Assembly: GCA_016188975.1 (NCBI GenBank)
Contig: JACPGQ010000003.1
Span: 1 to 50,845, forward strand
DNA from: Candidatus Levyibacteriota bacterium
GTDB taxonomy: Bacteria; Patescibacteriota; Microgenomatia; Levybacterales; UBA12049
Reading direction: 5' to 3'
Length of the DNA stretch: 50,845 nucleotides
The position numbers and the translations under genes are program-made. Positions 49,809 to 50,845 of this stretch are shown one piece after another. The notes beneath the pieces are model-generated. The model was not told the origin of the DNA and searched no databases. It saw nothing but the letters and a program-made list of their open reading frames with translations. Numbering within the stretch: position 1 is the stretch's first letter; every line of letters begins with the position of its first letter.

Positions 49809-50470
49809 ATATGAAATATTGTTAATAATTGCTGCGGGGTATTAGCAATAAAATCCGGCTTAACTTTTCCTAGTCGTATCTTACCATGGTAGCCCCACAC
49901 TACAGCAACAGTCTTCATGCCAACCTCCTGCCCTTCTCGTATATCCCCTGATGTGTCTGTAATAAAATAACTCTCCTCGCTCCTCATATCTTGATCGGTA
50001 ATGATTTTTTCCAATTTCTCCTTCTTTGTACCCTTCTGTTCAGCTCCAACTATTTCATTGAAGCAATCCTTTATGCCATTTTTTTCCACATACCAAGCAA
50101 CAATATCACGATAATTTGAAGATACTATAGCAAGACGATAAGTATTTGACAGTTTTCTTATAACGTCACATATCTCAGAGAAAACAAGCAGCGAGCTTTC
50201 AGCATTCTGAAATGCAGAGAGAAAATCCTTTTGATACGATGCAAGCGTATTAGCAGTGACGCCTTTGCTCTCAAAATATCTCCAGGGATTGTCTTCAAAC
50301 ATTTCCTCAAAATCCTCTCTCACAGTAACTGGAAAAACACCATACTTTTGGGTTAATTGTTTCGTCAGATCAAATGCAAAATCAAATGTGTCCAGAATGA
50401 CGCCGTCAAAATCAAAAACGATCAGTTTTTTATTTCTCAACTCGTACTCCCTCCACATTCGTCGCAACAT
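49805..50470 (-). CDS. HAD-superfamily hydrolase
   Basis: 221 aa with motif I LIVFDFDGVILDT, motif II VSSN and a late motif ITDTSGD. It is ATGA-coupled to the downstream decarboxylase gene. Confidence 0.75.
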   Translation of the reverse strand: MLRRMWREYELRNKKLIVFDFDGVILDTFDFAFDLTKQLTQKYGVFPVTVREDFEEMFEDNPWRYFESKGVTANTLASYQKDFLSAFQNAESSLLVFSEICDVIRKLSNTYRLAIVSSNYRDIVAWYVEKNGIKDCFNEIVGAEQKGTKKEKLEKIITDQDMRSEESYFITDTSGDIREGQEVGMKTVAVVWGYHGKIRLGKVKPDFIANTPQQLLTIFHI

Positions 50471-50845
50471 CGATCACCTGCCTACCAGATTGCTCAATCG
50501 CTTTCTTAACTGCTAGCGCTTTCCCCTTCTCATAAAGCGCTATGATGCAATCCCCGCCTCCTGCCCCCGACAATTTCGCGCCCAATGCTCCCGCCTCACG
50601 CGCGGCGTAAATCATCGATGACAATTTGCCAGTGCTGACCCCAATTGCTTCCAAATATCCTTGGTTGAGATTCATAAGCTCGCCGACTGTTTTCCAGTCT
50701 TTCTCAATAAGGGCAAATTTCGCCATGGTTGTGAGTGCTGCAATTTGGTCAAAAATTGAGGTAAAAAGCTCTGGAAATTGCGCAGCTTTTTCTGAAACAA
50801 GTTTAATGTATTCTGTCGTATCTGCCTTCACACCGCTATACCCGA
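50430..50845 (-). CDS. mvk: mevalonate kinase, C-terminal part (gene continues beyond the window)
   Basis: The GHMP C-terminal motif GALGAKLSGAGGGDCIIAL is present and the reading frame is open to the window edge. Confidence 0.7.
   Translation of the reverse strand, partial: GYSGVKADTTEYIKLVSEKAAQFPELFTSIFDQIAALTTMAKFALIEKDWKTVGELMNLNQGYLEAIGVSTGKLSSMIYAAREAGALGAKLSGAGGGDCIIALYEKGKALAVKKAIEQSGRQVIDVATNVEGVRVEK

Noticed and set aside
1-50845. I looked for Cas, reverse transcriptase/DGR, integrase, transposase, TnpB, restriction-modification or other defence-system genes, and for an alternative genetic code.
   Set aside because: No ORF showed the corresponding motifs. Long uninterrupted ORFs under the standard code argue against stop-codon reassignment.

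Overview
This is a gene-dense 50.8-kb chromosomal window, mostly minus-strand and standard genetic code. It probably comes from a small-genome uncultivated bacterium, CPR/Patescibacteria-like. That is an inference from gene content (DUF2207, LytR_C, DUF3467, archaeal-type PEP carboxylase, mevalonate genes) and from many short hairpin repeats.

Recognisable content:
- glycogen synthase and alpha-glucan phosphorylase
- an anaplerotic node of malic enzyme, archaeal-type PEPC and an aspartate-type aminotransferase
- two two-component modules
- a Doc/AbrB toxin-antitoxin pair
- an SGNH-hydrolase / SxtJ-like / carbamoyltransferase / DUF5989-like cassette
- an MsbA-like ABC exporter, HtpX and PBP1A
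- a UppS plus mevalonate-pathway cluster that runs off the right edge
- one odd tRNA-Ser-like gene

I saw no Cas, integrase, transposase, reverse transcriptase or rRNA genes.

The most unusual signals are at the DNA level:
1. A 26-nt perfect palindrome occurs four times between 37.5 and 48.9 kb. Two copies lie inside open reading frames and one sits at a start codon.
2. Hairpin-forming segments of about 90 nt are inserted in frame into at least three enzymes (aminotransferase, mevalonate decarboxylase homologue, methyltransferase). This resembles the Rickettsia palindromic elements.
3. A low-GC four-gene block is bracketed by perfect 52-bp direct repeats.
4. A dense array of CCACCACAAC/GTTGTGGTGG boxes lies near the left edge.
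5. MITE-like elements with terminal inverted repeats flank genes and even supply their last codons.
6. A TATAAT/TATACT box lies 5-11 nt upstream of many start codons, which suggests mostly leaderless mRNAs.

All protein family calls come from motif recognition by eye. No searches were run.
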